Position numbers and translations under genes: made by a program. 40,328 bases of DNA from assembly GCA_051942245.1 (NCBI GenBank), contig JAVECL010000170.1, positions 1 to 40,328 on the forward strand, in the 5' to 3' direction. The first letter of the stretch is position 1, and each line of letters opens with the position of its first letter. The notes below the pieces were generated by a model. That model made no database searches. It saw nothing but the letters and a program-made list of their open reading frames with translations, and was not told the DNA's origin. This stretch comes from Trypethelium eluteriae. Lineage: Eukaryota. Of this stretch, positions 23,509-35,640 are shown piece after piece.

Positions 23509-24969
23509 TTACTTCGCCCACTGCAGAGCATTGAGTGCAACCCCCGCCAGCATCAGGGCGAGGGATCCAACCTCTCGTGGCACGCTGCCAGCAGCAGCTG
23601 AGGATGCCGTCGGGTTGCTACTAGGAGTTCCACTCGGTACGGTACCACTTCCACCACCACCGCTCGTTGCAGCAGCAGTTTCACTGGTAGTCGTAGGCGC
23701 GAATTCCGTCCTGCTGATCGTCTGTGCAGGTGCAGTGTTCCCACTTGGACTCGGCAGCACGCTGGTGGTGTTGCATGGCTCCTGAGGTTGGGGACATGTG
23801 CCAGTGCGGTTCAAGTACTTGTCTAGCGGGCCCGTGGGGCCATCTTGCCACGTAGCCGCGATACCAGCTAGGTCTAGTTGGTTTGGGTCGCTGTCTGGGA
23901 GTTGCTTGTCCCCCCATTTGCCTAGATAGTAGAGCCATGGGGTTGGCGCCGAAGGGGAGGAACCGGCAGGAGTGAAAGTCCCGTTCAAATCGGAAGTGGG
24001 AGTGAATGTGTAGAAGTATGCGTTGGCGACTGGATCCCACAAAGGTCCGGCAGAGGTGGAGTCATTGATCTGGATGATATCGAAGCGGGATTGAGTTCCT
24101 GGCGTTGCATAGTTGGCGTGTCCGCCAAGGGAGGCATATACGACTGGGCGTGAATTATTCTTATCCACGGCTTGGTATGTATAGACGAACCCGCTCTAAA
24201 GTTAGGTAAGTAATGAAAAGGCGGTTTCAATCTCTAGTTTAACACGTACGTCGTGGGCACTGTACCACATGGTCTGAGGCATACCATTTTGGAAGCGAAG
24301 CATTGTGTGCTAGAGTACATCAATTGTTAGATGGATTATATCGAGTTGAGACGCTGACCTACTTCCCAATCACCCACGTGGTTCCCAATCAAAGCAGAGG
24401 AGACGTTCAAACCCAGTCCAGCTAGGTTAACCGTCTCTCCCAGATTGAACGCGTAGAAATAGAAATAGAACGCGTCAACGATCCCGGAGCCATGGTCATT
24501 GACAATTACAGCAGCACTTGTGGCGCCTTGGGTTTTGCCATTGGAGTCTGGGAGAACTCCGTGCAGCCAGGGTTGGTCTGTCGTCGCTGTCTCCCGAGAA
24601 GTGAGATAGGAGACGCAAGTATCGAATGAGCTGCAGTTTGATGCTGCATTCAATGAAGCAAGATCTTGCAGGCTAAGGTTTGGCGGCGCATTCGTCAATT
24701 CCGTATAGTTTACCTCAGGCTTCGTATTCATAACCTGTGCTCCAATATCAGAGGGAAGATACGGGTCGTTAACATCGATGTACACTAAGGGAGCTTGCTC
24801 AAAGTTAGTATCGTAAAGTGAGTACGGAAATCGGTTCAATTGAAAGCCTACCAAATTTAGTAACATAGTCCGGAATGTTCGCGGCCTGTCTTCCCTCGAT
24901 CGTTGATGCTGCAACGCTCACGAAAAAAGATGAGACCAAAGCCGCATGACAAGGCGGCAGGAGCCGCAT
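23509..24969 (-). CDS. Secreted Vps62/DUF946-like protein with S/T linker and putative GPI signal, ~431 aa
   Basis: Exons 24969-24852, 24793-24363, 24309-24250, 24195-23509. Signal peptide then IPDYVTKFAPLVY, DAFYFYFYAFNLG, GNHVGDWEHTMLRF, WYSAH, RPVVY..GGHANYA, GPLWDP, WLYYLGKWGD, GPTGP. A GTAAGT overlapping the last codon means the 3' end could be spliced differently. Confidence 0.85.
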
Positions 24970-25489
24970 CTTCAAAAGTTGCTGGCAATCAGGAAATGAG
25001 TTTATTTACAAATCCTCTTGATTCGAGATTCGCGAAAGATGAATCCAAATATATACACCGATATGTATGGCCTCGCCAGGACGGTCAAGATTTGCGAGCA
25101 TAAGGCAGGCAGGTGAGTTGACGTCAAACGACAGGCATTTCGTCCTTCGTCTTCATACACTGGACCGCGGCTCACGATTGGGACCCCAGCTTTTGGTCGG
25201 GCTCTGCCAAGGACAGGAACCCAAAGCGGCACAAATTGATACTCTCGTACGCTTTGCGATCAGATTTCATTGGATGTCTTCATCCTGCAAACTTGTGCAA
25301 CTCCAGCATCGCATGACTGGCTCGCACATCTTCCTATCAGCATTGATCCCTTGCGTAATCCCCGTATTCAGCTTGATACTGGCGGCGTCAGAATGCATGC
25401 ATTTTAATTCTACTTGATTTTTAGTTTACGGGCGCTCCGTCGTCGGAATCGTTCCGTTCTCGTCTCATCTACCTCGGCCTCCTTCCTTT

Positions 25490-25615
25490 TATGCAGGAGC
25501 TGTACAAACATTGTGCAAAGCACAGTGCAGGTGCAGGAGCAGAACTGTATGTGCACATATGTGCATATGGAGTTGTGCAGAATTTATGCACCAAATTTGC
25601 TGCTTTTGTGCAGCT
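25490..25615. repeat. TGCA-rich tract with overlapping palindromes
   Basis: Nine TGCA copies in about 120 nt; perfect palindromes TATGTGCACATA (25548-25559) and TGCACATATGTGCA (25552-25565). Confidence 0.6.
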
Positions 25616-27612
25616 GTAGTAAAGGGTGTGAGCTTTGGCCAACTCGCACCACTTTGGAGGATCGCTGGCATTGAATGACGAGATTGTGGGCTCTATCGTA
25701 CATAAATGTTTGCTAGAATCTCCAAACGACTGTTCTTGACACTCTGCTTCTGGGCCGCTCCCCCGCCAAACCGGAAATCGGTTGTCTGCATATGACTTTG
25801 CAAGGAAGCGACAGTCATCTTTTTTAAGACCTTTCAACTTCATCAACTATTCATTTGCTGTCAGTGAGGACATCATGAATAGGTCCTATTCCTCGGTCGG
25901 TCCACTGGATGCTTTCGGAATTCCATCAAACGAGCAGTGCAGAGGTTCAGTCGCACTCTGAATTTCGTGTCTGCCATGTTCTTGAACCGTTCCAAACTGG
26001 GCTTTCCTGTCGAGAGTATCGAGACTAAGAGTTTGGAGTAGAGCAAGCTCAGCAAAGTCAAGCCAGGAGTCCCGGCTTTGAACACCATCATTCACGTTGT
26101 AGGTGGCATTTACTCCCTATCGCACACATGAGAGATACCCAGACTATCACACGTACGCCCTCGTATCATTGCATGCTCAGACTACTATCTAGTCTCATGT
26201 GAATCGGTGTGTACGATAGGCACGTCAAAATATGTATTCTGTCCTCTTGACGTAGAACATCTGCTACCTCACCTTTTCCACCGCGCTTTCTTCATATGCG
26301 GATATAAAAGTTTTCACCATCTAAAGTGATCGCTCGTAATCTTTTTGCTCGGAAGTCAATCCATTGACGCTCCTGTAATGGGTTCTGCGTCTTATCTTTG
26401 ATGTTCGTATGCTCAGGAGTTAAGAGATGCCCTCCTCGAAGCTAGAGCCCTGCATTGGAGTATCTCTGGAGGGAATTTTATGACTTCTTGTTGGCCCTCC
26501 AGCATAGGATTTCGCGAGATTTCGGGAACGGTTCATTGGCTTGATCATAAATGCAGCATGCTCTTGCTATCTCTGTGTCAGCCCTCGGATCTTCATCAGC
26601 CCTGTTGTGTCCGAACGTCGCCTTGGCCTTTCCGTTCTGGCTCCGAGGTTTTCGAGTGCTTTACGCTAGAGACGGAACTTCCTCCAAACAATGGTAGTCC
26701 AGCTGTTGGAATTCCACGGCGACTTGTCCGGGCACCAATGATTGCTTAGGTTACATGAGAATAAGAGGGGAATTGGAGGCTGCATGCTCGGCGGGCTTGG
26801 CATCGGACAGTGCTCATGGGCAATGGCTTTCATATGAGTACCAGCGGTCCCATCATTAATATAGCCGGACAGCGAGGTGGTATTAAAGGAAGATTGTAGC
26901 GTCTTGTGCAGAATAGACGTGCCAAGTACTATCCGGAAGAAGCCTGAAACGGAGTGGAAATTTCCGCCAACCAGCTTCGGATAGTGACGCTAGCACCACT
27001 TCCAATCGCCGACCGAAGCCACTCGATTCAGGTAAACACTTCTCTTCAAGTCGCTACATCCTCTCATCTGCCTCAATTTGAGCCAGTGCCTTACGACGTT
27101 TCTGCTTTGACGTGATTGGATAGTGCACACCAGCAGTAACGTTGTGTTCGTAGAGGTATAAAGAGCTTGAAGACCACTTTCCTGTTAGCAATGCGCGGAA
27201 TCATTATGACTTACGAGGCGGATAATATATTAACTTGTACACATGACCGGGAAGACCTATTAATTCCATGTATACCTACTTTGCGGAAGCCGACACGACA
27301 TTGGTGGAGATCATGGTCAAAGTTCGACCCCCGTACGCCGTGAGGCAGAGGAGGTTGGCTGTTTCAGGGAACGCTCGTCCAACGACCTATAACCTCGCAT
27401 TAATTAATCTGGGATTGACCTAAAGTAGAGATAGGCCATGAAAGAGACAAGGATCAACTACGGGACATAAACCATATAAGGGCAAAAGTATTTCCACTCA
27501 GTTTGACTGATAAGATCCGGATCACAGCAAGGACAGGCTAACACGAGGAATTTTGAGAATCATACAAAATCTTGAGAGTCTTTCACTTGACTGGAGCTGA
27601 TTCACCGCGACT

Positions 27613-28496
27613 ATGAAGGTCTTGGCTTCCGTCCTTGCCAGTGCAGCCCTTGCTGCTGCCCACGGCTATATTGACAATGGAACTATCGGTGGAAAAGAAT
27701 ACGAGTTCTACCAGCCATTCACCGATCCGTACACATCGCCTACGGTATGTTGACACGGAATTAGCTATCTCTTGTGTAGCATGTTCCCGAAGTTCGACTA
27801 ACTCGATTGGTCTTATAGCCTCAGCGTATCTCCCGGCCAGTTCAAGGAAATGGCCCAGTAACCGACGTCACTTTACTGGATTTACAATGCGGAGGCTACA
27901 CTGCTGGTGGCGTTGTGGGTAGTGAACCTGCTCCATTACACGCTCCTGCTGCGGCCGGCTCCGTTGTGATGCTTCACTGGACTCTGTGGCCAACGAGCCA
28001 CGTGGGTCCCGTAGTCACCTACATGGCCAGATGTCCCGACACTGGTAAGTCGACTATAGCTCACGCATGAGGCTCTAGGCCACTCGAATGGGTGCTAATC
28101 AAGGAACCAGGCTGCAATGAATTCATGCCGAACAAGACCGCTGTCTGGTTCAAGATTGCTCAGGCGGGTCGAACTGGCACCTCAGACACCTGGGGCGACA
28201 CGCCTCTGATGACCTCTGGCAATGCCGGAGACCAGTACACGATCCCTAAGTGCTTGAAGGCTGGCTATTATCTCGTGCGTCAAGAGATCATTGCCCTGCA
28301 CTCGGCGTACACCTATCCTGGTGCTCAGTTCTACCCCGGATGCCATCAACTCCAGGTCACTGGAGGTGGATCGACTGTGCCCTCCAACCTGGTTGCCCTT
28401 CCTGGAGCTTACGCTGGCTCTGATCCTGGGATTACTTACGATGCGTACCAGGCTACCACATACACTGTGCCTGGACCTGCTGTCTTTGCTTGTTAG
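27613..28496 (+). CDS. AA9 lytic polysaccharide monooxygenase, no CBM, ~247 aa
   Basis: Exons 27613-27744, 27819-28044, 28111-28496. Signal peptide MKVLASVLASAALAAA followed by His1 (HGYIDN); second His in WPTSHVGP; WFKI, YLVRQEIIALH, AQFYPGCHQL. Confidence 0.96.
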
Positions 28497-28989
28497 AGCG
28501 GCAGTGGTTTACGAATTTTAACGAGACAAAGCTTGTTATAAGGCCCGATATGTAAATAGAGTGGCAGTTCAGATTCGAATATGGGGCTCTTTTGTTTCAT
28601 TCGAGGATGATGTGAGAAGAGTCCTCACTTGCCATCCACCAGCCTGACCAGATGGCGCGCGACCATATTATCCAGTTCTTGTACATAGCTTGGACATTCA
28701 TGTGCATATTTATATTTATAGAGAAGACCTGCCTCAACTTCAGAAGTGCCCACGTTGGGCGTGCCTGCTTTCCTCATTCTTGACTTTTCGGTTGATCCTT
28801 TGTGTCGTAGAACATCTGGAGAACCAGTCTACTGCTGCAACTGCGACAACGCGTTCAAAGGAGTATCTCAAGTCCGCTTGGAGCAGTACAAGATAGCGAG
28901 GTCAGGAGGTGCGCTCCTCATATATGTCAGGCTTTCATTCCGCATCCAGTAGCGAAGTATTGCCGCGACCGAGATCCTCCCGTCTCATC

Positions 28990-30096
28990 TCACTCCAATA
29001 AGGACTCCACTATTGACTCTCTCAACTCCACCGAATTGCCCTCCCAGCCAATCCTTATTAGGCTTGCTCCTTTCCTAACCATCTCACGAATTTGCTCATC
29101 GTCCGCTTCATTACTCCAAGCAGAGGGTATGATCATAAGGAGATGCGCCCCAATTCGGATCGCGACCTTAGCTGCGTCCACTAGCTCTTCACTCCCTGTC
29201 ACCTCCCTGTAAGCCCGGAAGAAGGATTCTAACATTACCATGCCCTTCTCGTGGTCCCTAAACATGGCGAAACAGTACATTTCCGCGGCCATTTGACCAA
29301 CGTCGAATGCAGCGGTCCCCGCTTTTGCGAATTCGAAGTCTAGGGGATAGAGCCGCAGCGCAGGCGTTGTAGATACGAGAACGTTGCCGGTCCAAAAGTC
29401 TCCAAGCGTTAAGACTTCCTGAGATTCTCTGACCTCGGCCTCCCCTACTCGAGCTACTTCTTTGAAGTAGTCGTCTGCGTAGCCGAATTTGGCCGCAGCA
29501 GAGGGTAGCCTCTTGAAATAGAGAGTAGCTGATAGATCCCTACCGTCGGCATTACCGGCAAAATCGGAAAGTAGATCTTGGCGACCAGCAGTAGAGATAT
29601 GGACTTTAGCGAGGAACCTACCCAAGGCGTGGCCGATAGCTTCGGACGTCGTGGGGTTGATCGCGGGTGTGAACCAGCCTTTGAGACTTGGCAGAGCTCC
29701 AAGATCCTCTGTGATCACAACTTGGTGTTGCTCGTCGTAGTGGAGCAATTTAGGTGGGCGCACGATGTCGCTATCTTGCATGCTCGATCGACTCAAAAAT
29801 TCCAGCATTTTAACCTCATACTCCTGAACCAGTGATCAGTCGAAGGTGGTCCTATTACTCGAGAACTCTATTACCAATCTTGCGGGATCGAGCTTCCAAG
29901 AGGGTAGTCTGGCGGCAAAGGGCTGGACATGCTTGACGATAACCGAGGGAATCTTGCTATTTGGATCTGGCTCCGCACGGTAGACAAAACCGCCAACACC
30001 TCCTGGAAGTCGCTTGACTCTCGAACAGGAAGGATATCGTCCCTCAAGTAGGAACTGAGAGACCCCTTCCTCAGTTATAAGGTCTTTGTCCGCCAT
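28990..30096 (-). CDS. APH/methylthioribose-kinase-fold small-molecule kinase, PsiK-like, ~351 aa
   Basis: Exons 30096-29875 and 29823-28990 (51-nt intron). Gly loop RLPGG, VIVKH lysine, YE, TEDLG, LGDFWTGNVL catalytic loop, LDFEFAK, FDVGQM. Confidence 0.85.
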
Positions 30097-31437
30097 ATCG
30101 GTTGGTCGCCAAGCAATTGTCGGTTGCTGATAACGGAGTTCTCGTGGAGATTGAGCGACAGAATGAATCAACCTGTGGATTGGAAGGATAAGACTGAGAC
30201 TGAGTAGAGAAATCGAGATACAAGACTCCAGTGATACTTATCTAATTGGTTTCGTTACGTACTTTCAGTGAGTCATACACGCTCGAATTCGCCAAGGATG
30301 GCGGAAGCGTGGATATTGAGATTCTAGAACTTATGGAAGTAGAAACCCTATAAGAATGGCAAAAGTCTTCGGCTCTTAAATAACAAATTCTTGAGATGCC
30401 TATAAGGAATGTGGCTAACCGTAAGGTCTGGTGGGCAGTCAGGATTGCCGACTACCTGCAAAGTCATAGAGTACATGATAAGATTTGCGGAAAACTCCGC
30501 GGGAGGAAGGACACTGTGAAAAGCGAGCTAGTTGAGCTTTGCACAGTGCTACTCTTGTTGCGAAACGTGGCATGGGACAACTTTTCTAATTGATCGGAGT
30601 AGAAAGATCTCAAATCTCAGTTGGCGGCGGGCGACTCAGTTTTAGTCTTGGCAAGCGGGGAGCATCGGCCCCTGGATGCAAGTACTCGAAAGGATACGGA
30701 CCCGACCAACATGCAGCTTGCAGTTGGGCACTTGCGATGACACTGTTGAGGCTTCTCATGTGTAATCGCCTTGTGCCACCTTGATTTTCTACATCGTGTC
30801 TTTGATGCCATCTTCGAAACTGACACCGGTGAGCGCTACTTTTGACACCACAGATCCTTAGAGCCATCAAACATGCTCTGTCATACGTCTTCGGGCAAGA
30901 CTGTCTGAATCCCTATGTCTTCTTCTTATAACTCCAAGAATTGTATCCAACGAATGCCGCACTAAAGTGCTGTAAAGATGCTGCATCCGTGTCTCACGCA
31001 ATTGCCCTGTAACGGTGCCTCACACCGCTGTCCAGCTAGAGGCTGACCTCTTTCACGTCACAGCATGATCTGGCTCGAAGTCAGTCAGGGCCCGACAGTG
31101 GTGGTCCCCATGAGCAGAAAGCGGAAGACCGGTGGATGTGGCTCATGCTTGGTACTCCTGGAGGGCCGCCTTCTAACCAGTCAACTGCTTTAGCGGCAAT
31201 CTGCTTGTCTTTCCTATGTCTAGAGCAGAAAATACCAGAGATTGAAGGGACCTCAATCTGAAATTGCTTTGAATAGCTTGTCGTCGGAAGTGGCCAACGA
31301 GGTTTCGGAACCAGACTAAGGCGGCGGTTTCGCCTTCCTGATTTCTGCTGTTGTCGTAGAAGATCATCGACGGCGACAGCTGAGAAGCCACTAGGCAGAT
31401 TTTAGCGATGTCCTCGAGCGGAACATCCTTGACTTGT

Positions 31438-33381
31438 TCATGATCTTCTTATGGCCCAGCGTGTCCTCCTCTCGAATTCTAGCCGCTCCTCGCCACTCAG
31501 TTTTTGCAACCCATGTTCTCTGAGCTCGGCGAACATTTCAAGTGCCTGATCGTAGTTTTCATTCGAAGTCCACCCATCCCGATATGCAAGTCCCTGCAGT
31601 GAGTCCCAGAAATCGGCGTTCTCATTCCAGCCCTCTCCATCTCGTTGGTGTGCTCTTATTTCCTCGTCTGTGAATTCAATCGGGCACGGAACCTCTTTGT
31701 TGATCTCGTTCCAGTGACTGCAATTCAAGTATTTAGCGGTTTCCCTTGAATTTAAAGAGTGGATATTGACTCGGGCATACCGTGCTATACGGATGAGACA
31801 TTGCCTAAAAGGAATGATGTCTCCATCCCATGTGTTCGCGGAGAATTCCACGGTATCACGCCTCGTACGTCCTTGATATATGTGTAAGATGTCATAAAGG
31901 ATCGGATTTGCCATTTTGGTCTCGGTTTCGTATGTCCATAGTACAATCGACTTTTCGACTTGAGTTCGGACTCGCATCTTTTCGTCTTCGTCCTCCAGGG
32001 CGGTGTAATTTTCTGGAAGCTTTAGCATGACTTCTCCATTGTAGTCTATAAGCCGAGGATGTCGGGCTTGAAGAAATAGTGGGCCAGCCCAGGTATCCTG
32101 CCAGTCGATAAGACTAGTGATTTGATCCCCTCGAACGAAGATATTTGGAGCATGAATATCCCAATGCCAGAGGGTAGGTCTGGTCTGCTCCCCCTTCGGC
32201 AACAGGTAATCAACAATGTCTAGAAACCTCTTATAGATTGCAATGTGGGCATCTGGGCTGCGTTGCGCTTCGGACTTAGTAAACAGACCACCTGACGACT
32301 TTAGAGGAGCATAACGCCTAATCCAAGCGATTTCTCGTTGGCCAATCGCTCTAAGATAATCCTGAGGACGTTTCCCTTAGATTCGCTTTAGTAATCTAGT
32401 AGAGCTGGCCCGGTGTACGGGTGCTGTAACTCACAAGGGCCACGATCGATATGCATGGATGCTCGTTCTCGATGCCAGAACTCTCGATCCACGACTGGGC
32501 CTATAACAAAACGGTTCTCCACCTCTTCCTTCAATGACTGCGATAGGTCGCCGGTAATTTCGGCTTTTTCGCAACCCGGGAATGTATCCTCTGCGAAGTA
32601 GAGACTCCCATACCTAACTTCCCTTGTTAGGTCAGGCATGCTTATGCAGGTTCTTTAGCGTGACGAACCGAGTGAACGAGTGGGACAGAAATTTCTTTTC
32701 GATGGAAACAATGTCGTCCACAATCTTGAGCTTATCATAGAGTTCCATCTCATCCCAAACCTCACCAAGCTGATTTCCTGTAGCTTCCTCCATCAAAATG
32801 TACTCGGATTCCACAGGGTTTTCCGCCCCGGCGCTCCAAGACAAGACTTTTGGCACGGGAATTTGAAGTACAGTCCGAGCCTAGAGAATGTACCAATTTT
32901 AGCTTAGCGACTCGATGTTAGAGCATTTAAGTTAACATACGAAGTCCATGGTAGCAACTTCGGAAGCAGTTGTCTTGAACGGAGGGCCAGCGTTTGGGTT
33001 TGGTATACGCGCAATCACGATTGAACCGTCGTCCATAACAAGTTGGAAGACCTTGTTGAACCCACCCTCAGCAAGCTTGGTCATAGATAAACAAGCTCGC
33101 GCACTAACGCTCTCAACCGCAATTCTCTTAAGCTCGCGCACATTGAAGCATTTATAACGCTCGCGCAACTGTAGATGCTCATCCCATAGCCAGCGCCCGC
33201 TTGTGTAGCGGTAGAAATCCTCGTATCTAGGATCAGGGCCCGTGGACGAGGTTCGAGAGAGAAAGCTAAAAGAACTAAACAATGACGGAGGGAAGTAATT
33301 ACGAAGGTACTTAGAAGTGCTATATCGAGAAAACCCCCTAACCTGCCGGAGTAGAACAGAGGTTAAGGGTGTGGCACTCAT
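31438..33381 (-). CDS. APH-family phosphotransferase, AIM9-like, probably mitochondrial, ~568 aa
   Basis: Exons 33381-32941, 32880-32669, 32613-32435, 32375-31781, 31717-31438. Arg/Ser-rich presequence-like N-terminus; motifs YTSGRWLW, KLAEGGFNKVF, ARIPNP, TASEVATMDF, YILMEE, YGSLYF, LWHWDIHAPNIFV, IDWQ. Start codon uncertain. Confidence 0.88.
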
Positions 33382-33996
33382 GTTCGATTTGTGGAAGTCG
33401 ATTGAAGCAGAATCAAAGGAGGCGTCAGACCTTGCAACGTCGGTCCATGACAGTGGCAAGATCATTCTATCCCATTGCTAGTGCCAGCGCATCGACTTCG
33501 TGAGACCCATCCTCTTCGACGGGAAGGTTACTTGCGTTGGATAAGACTAGCTTTCTTGTAGTGTACATGGGATAGGAATAGGGGGTTGATGCGGATGATG
33601 AGTTGTAGATAAAAGCTACGCTATTACTCATCACTCATTCCTGTAGTAGCTAGCAAGGATTATCTCCCAAATCAGAGCAGGATTCTTCAAGCCTAACTTC
33701 TGGTTTACTTATAGCAGTTTTGGAGTGAGTTTAGCAGCAAGTCGAATGTCGAATCCTGAATTGGGGTGGGGTTTCTATGGGTCTTACGGAGCACCTCTGA
33801 TTATTCTTAGCGACAATGACGAATCAGGGGCTCTGCGGAAGCTAGTAATAAGATTGTAGAGGATGACATTTGCTTCTCGGTTTGACCAGTGGAGGAAAGA
33901 ACAGAATGTCCTTCGGGAGTTCATGGTTAACCGTACCACGTTCAGAAGAGTTCTTGGCAGCCCCGCATTCGCGTCGTCAAGTTCTTCTCGCTCTTG

Positions 33997-35640
33997 ATGC
34001 ATCGTCGCCGCGACTCTCTCCGAGCCTCCATGGTCCGAAATCAGCAACACACGTATCGTGAGTACGACCACCAGTACGACGACATTCCGGTCCTTGCGAA
34101 TAGCACACCGGCGTCTTCTCCCTCACTGCACGTCTCCGCCGCATACCCATCACAACGACCACGCGTACCTGGCCGTCCACTCATCGAGCGGGTGACGAAC
34201 GAATGGCAGAAAAAATTGCCAAAGGACCGGAGTTATAAACACAGCGGAGCAGCCACCTTGGCCGAACCCATTGACTTAACCAAGTCCGCACAGTCGGCAG
34301 GGAGGATCAAATACTCGAATTTTGATTACGACTCTGATGAAGAGAGCGGGTCTACAATGAGCTATGAGAACTATGGGATTGATGATTTCGACCCTGACCA
34401 CCCTTGTGCCGAGCTCGTCTACCCACTTCCGCTCCTCGCGTCCAAGCGATATCGACACTATGCTTATTACATATTTTTAGCGCTGTGCGTTATCTATATT
34501 GCCTGGTGGATCCTCCTGAGGCCCATCCTGGAAGAGCGCCGGGCAATTGCATTGAGCTTCAGGGAAAGGACGGACAAATGGGGTCAGAATAAGCGGCCGG
34601 CTGTAGGTGGCAACCTGGAGTTGGAACTCAGTGGCGTGACCATGATTGAGGAGTTGGAGGAAAGCAAAAGACTAAGAGGGACGAGGAATCTGACTGAAGG
34701 AATGGGAAAAGATAGACTCATATTTGTGGGCGATGTTCACGGCTGTGCAGACGAACTGTCCGCACTGCTGACCAAACTGTCCTTCTCTACAACTAGCGAC
34801 CATCTCATCTTCACCGGCGACCTTATCACCAAGGGCCCAGAATCCTCTGCCGTTCTTTCTACTGCCATGTCACTCGGTGCCTCCTCCGTACGCGGCAATC
34901 ACGAAGACCGCGTCCTCCTGTCTCTCGCTCATCTCGAAGAATATGCATCGCCTCCCTCCCAAAAAGAAGACAAGCACACTCGACTCGCTCGTGACCTTCC
35001 CGCTTCGCAAATCGAGTACATCCAGAGCTTCCCCGTCATCCTAGATGTCGGCATGATCCCTGGGCTGGGTAGAGTGCTTGTGGTTCATGCGGGACTAGTA
35101 CCGGATGTACCCTTACAAAAACAAGACCCTTTTATGTGTATGAATATGCGCAGTATTGATCTTTCGACTCATTTTGCTAGTGAGCTCCGCGCCGCACCCG
35201 GACGACGAAATATGAATGGTGGGCTCGTCGAGTGGGACCGGGTATGGAGGTACTATGAGCGAAAGGTTCTTCCCCAGCGATTGAAAGAACAGGACAAGGA
35301 GGCGTATGCTTCGAAGGGCGTGAAGCCCGAGGCTAGGGAAGAGTGGGAAGGCCATACGATGGTGATATATGGACATGATTCAAAACGAGGATTGAATCTA
35401 AGGGAGTGGAGTAAGGGGCTGGACTCCGGATGTGTGAACGGTGGGACTTTAACAGCATTGGTGGTGGAGAAGGTGGCTAAAGATGGAAAAGGAAAAGAGA
35501 GGGCAAAGATATGGACAGAAAGCGTGCAGTGCCAGAGCTCTAAGAAGAAGAAAGGGAAGGACAGCAAGGATAGAGACGAGGATGATCGAGAAATCTCATC
35601 GGCGGAACAGGCATGGGAGCCACGCATCCCAGGGACATGA
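33997..35640 (+). CDS. Membrane-anchored metallophosphoesterase, ApaH/PPN2 (YNL217W)-like, ~547 aa
   Basis: Single ORF; disordered N-terminus, one TM (YIFLALCVIYIAWWILL), then GDVHG, GDLITKG, RGNHE, VHAG, YGHD, GLDSGC motifs. Confidence 0.88.
   Translation: MHRRRDSLRASMVRNQQHTYREYDHQYDDIPVLANSTPASSPSLHVSAAYPSQRPRVPGRPLIERVTNEWQKKLPKDRSYKHSGAATLAEPIDLTKSAQSAGRIKYSNFDYDSDEESGSTMSYENYGIDDFDPDHPCAELVYPLPLLASKRYRHYAYYIFLALCVIYIAWWILLRPILEERRAIALSFRERTDKWGQNKRPAVGGNLELELSGVTMIEELEESKRLRGTRNLTEGMGKDRLIFVGDVHGCADELSALLTKLSFSTTSDHLIFTGDLITKGPESSAVLSTAMSLGASSVRGNHEDRVLLSLAHLEEYASPPSQKEDKHTRLARDLPASQIEYIQSFPVILDVGMIPGLGRVLVVHAGLVPDVPLQKQDPFMCMNMRSIDLSTHFASELRAAPGRRNMNGGLVEWDRVWRYYERKVLPQRLKEQDKEAYASKGVKPEAREEWEGHTMVIYGHDSKRGLNLREWSKGLDSGCVNGGTLTALVVEKVAKDGKGKERAKIWTESVQCQSSKKKKGKDSKDRDEDDREISSAEQAWEPRIPGT

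Noticed and set aside
27300..27600. XlnR-like GGCTAA (27536) and CreA-like SYGGRG sites upstream of AA9; GTTCGA near 27322 as a tRNA T-loop
   Set aside because: Single hexamers are expected by chance, and no cloverleaf stems surround the GTTCGA.
28990..33381. Tandem duplication of two APH kinases
   Set aside because: Lengths, intron patterns and motifs differ (PsiK-like versus AIM9-like), so they are not recent paralogues.
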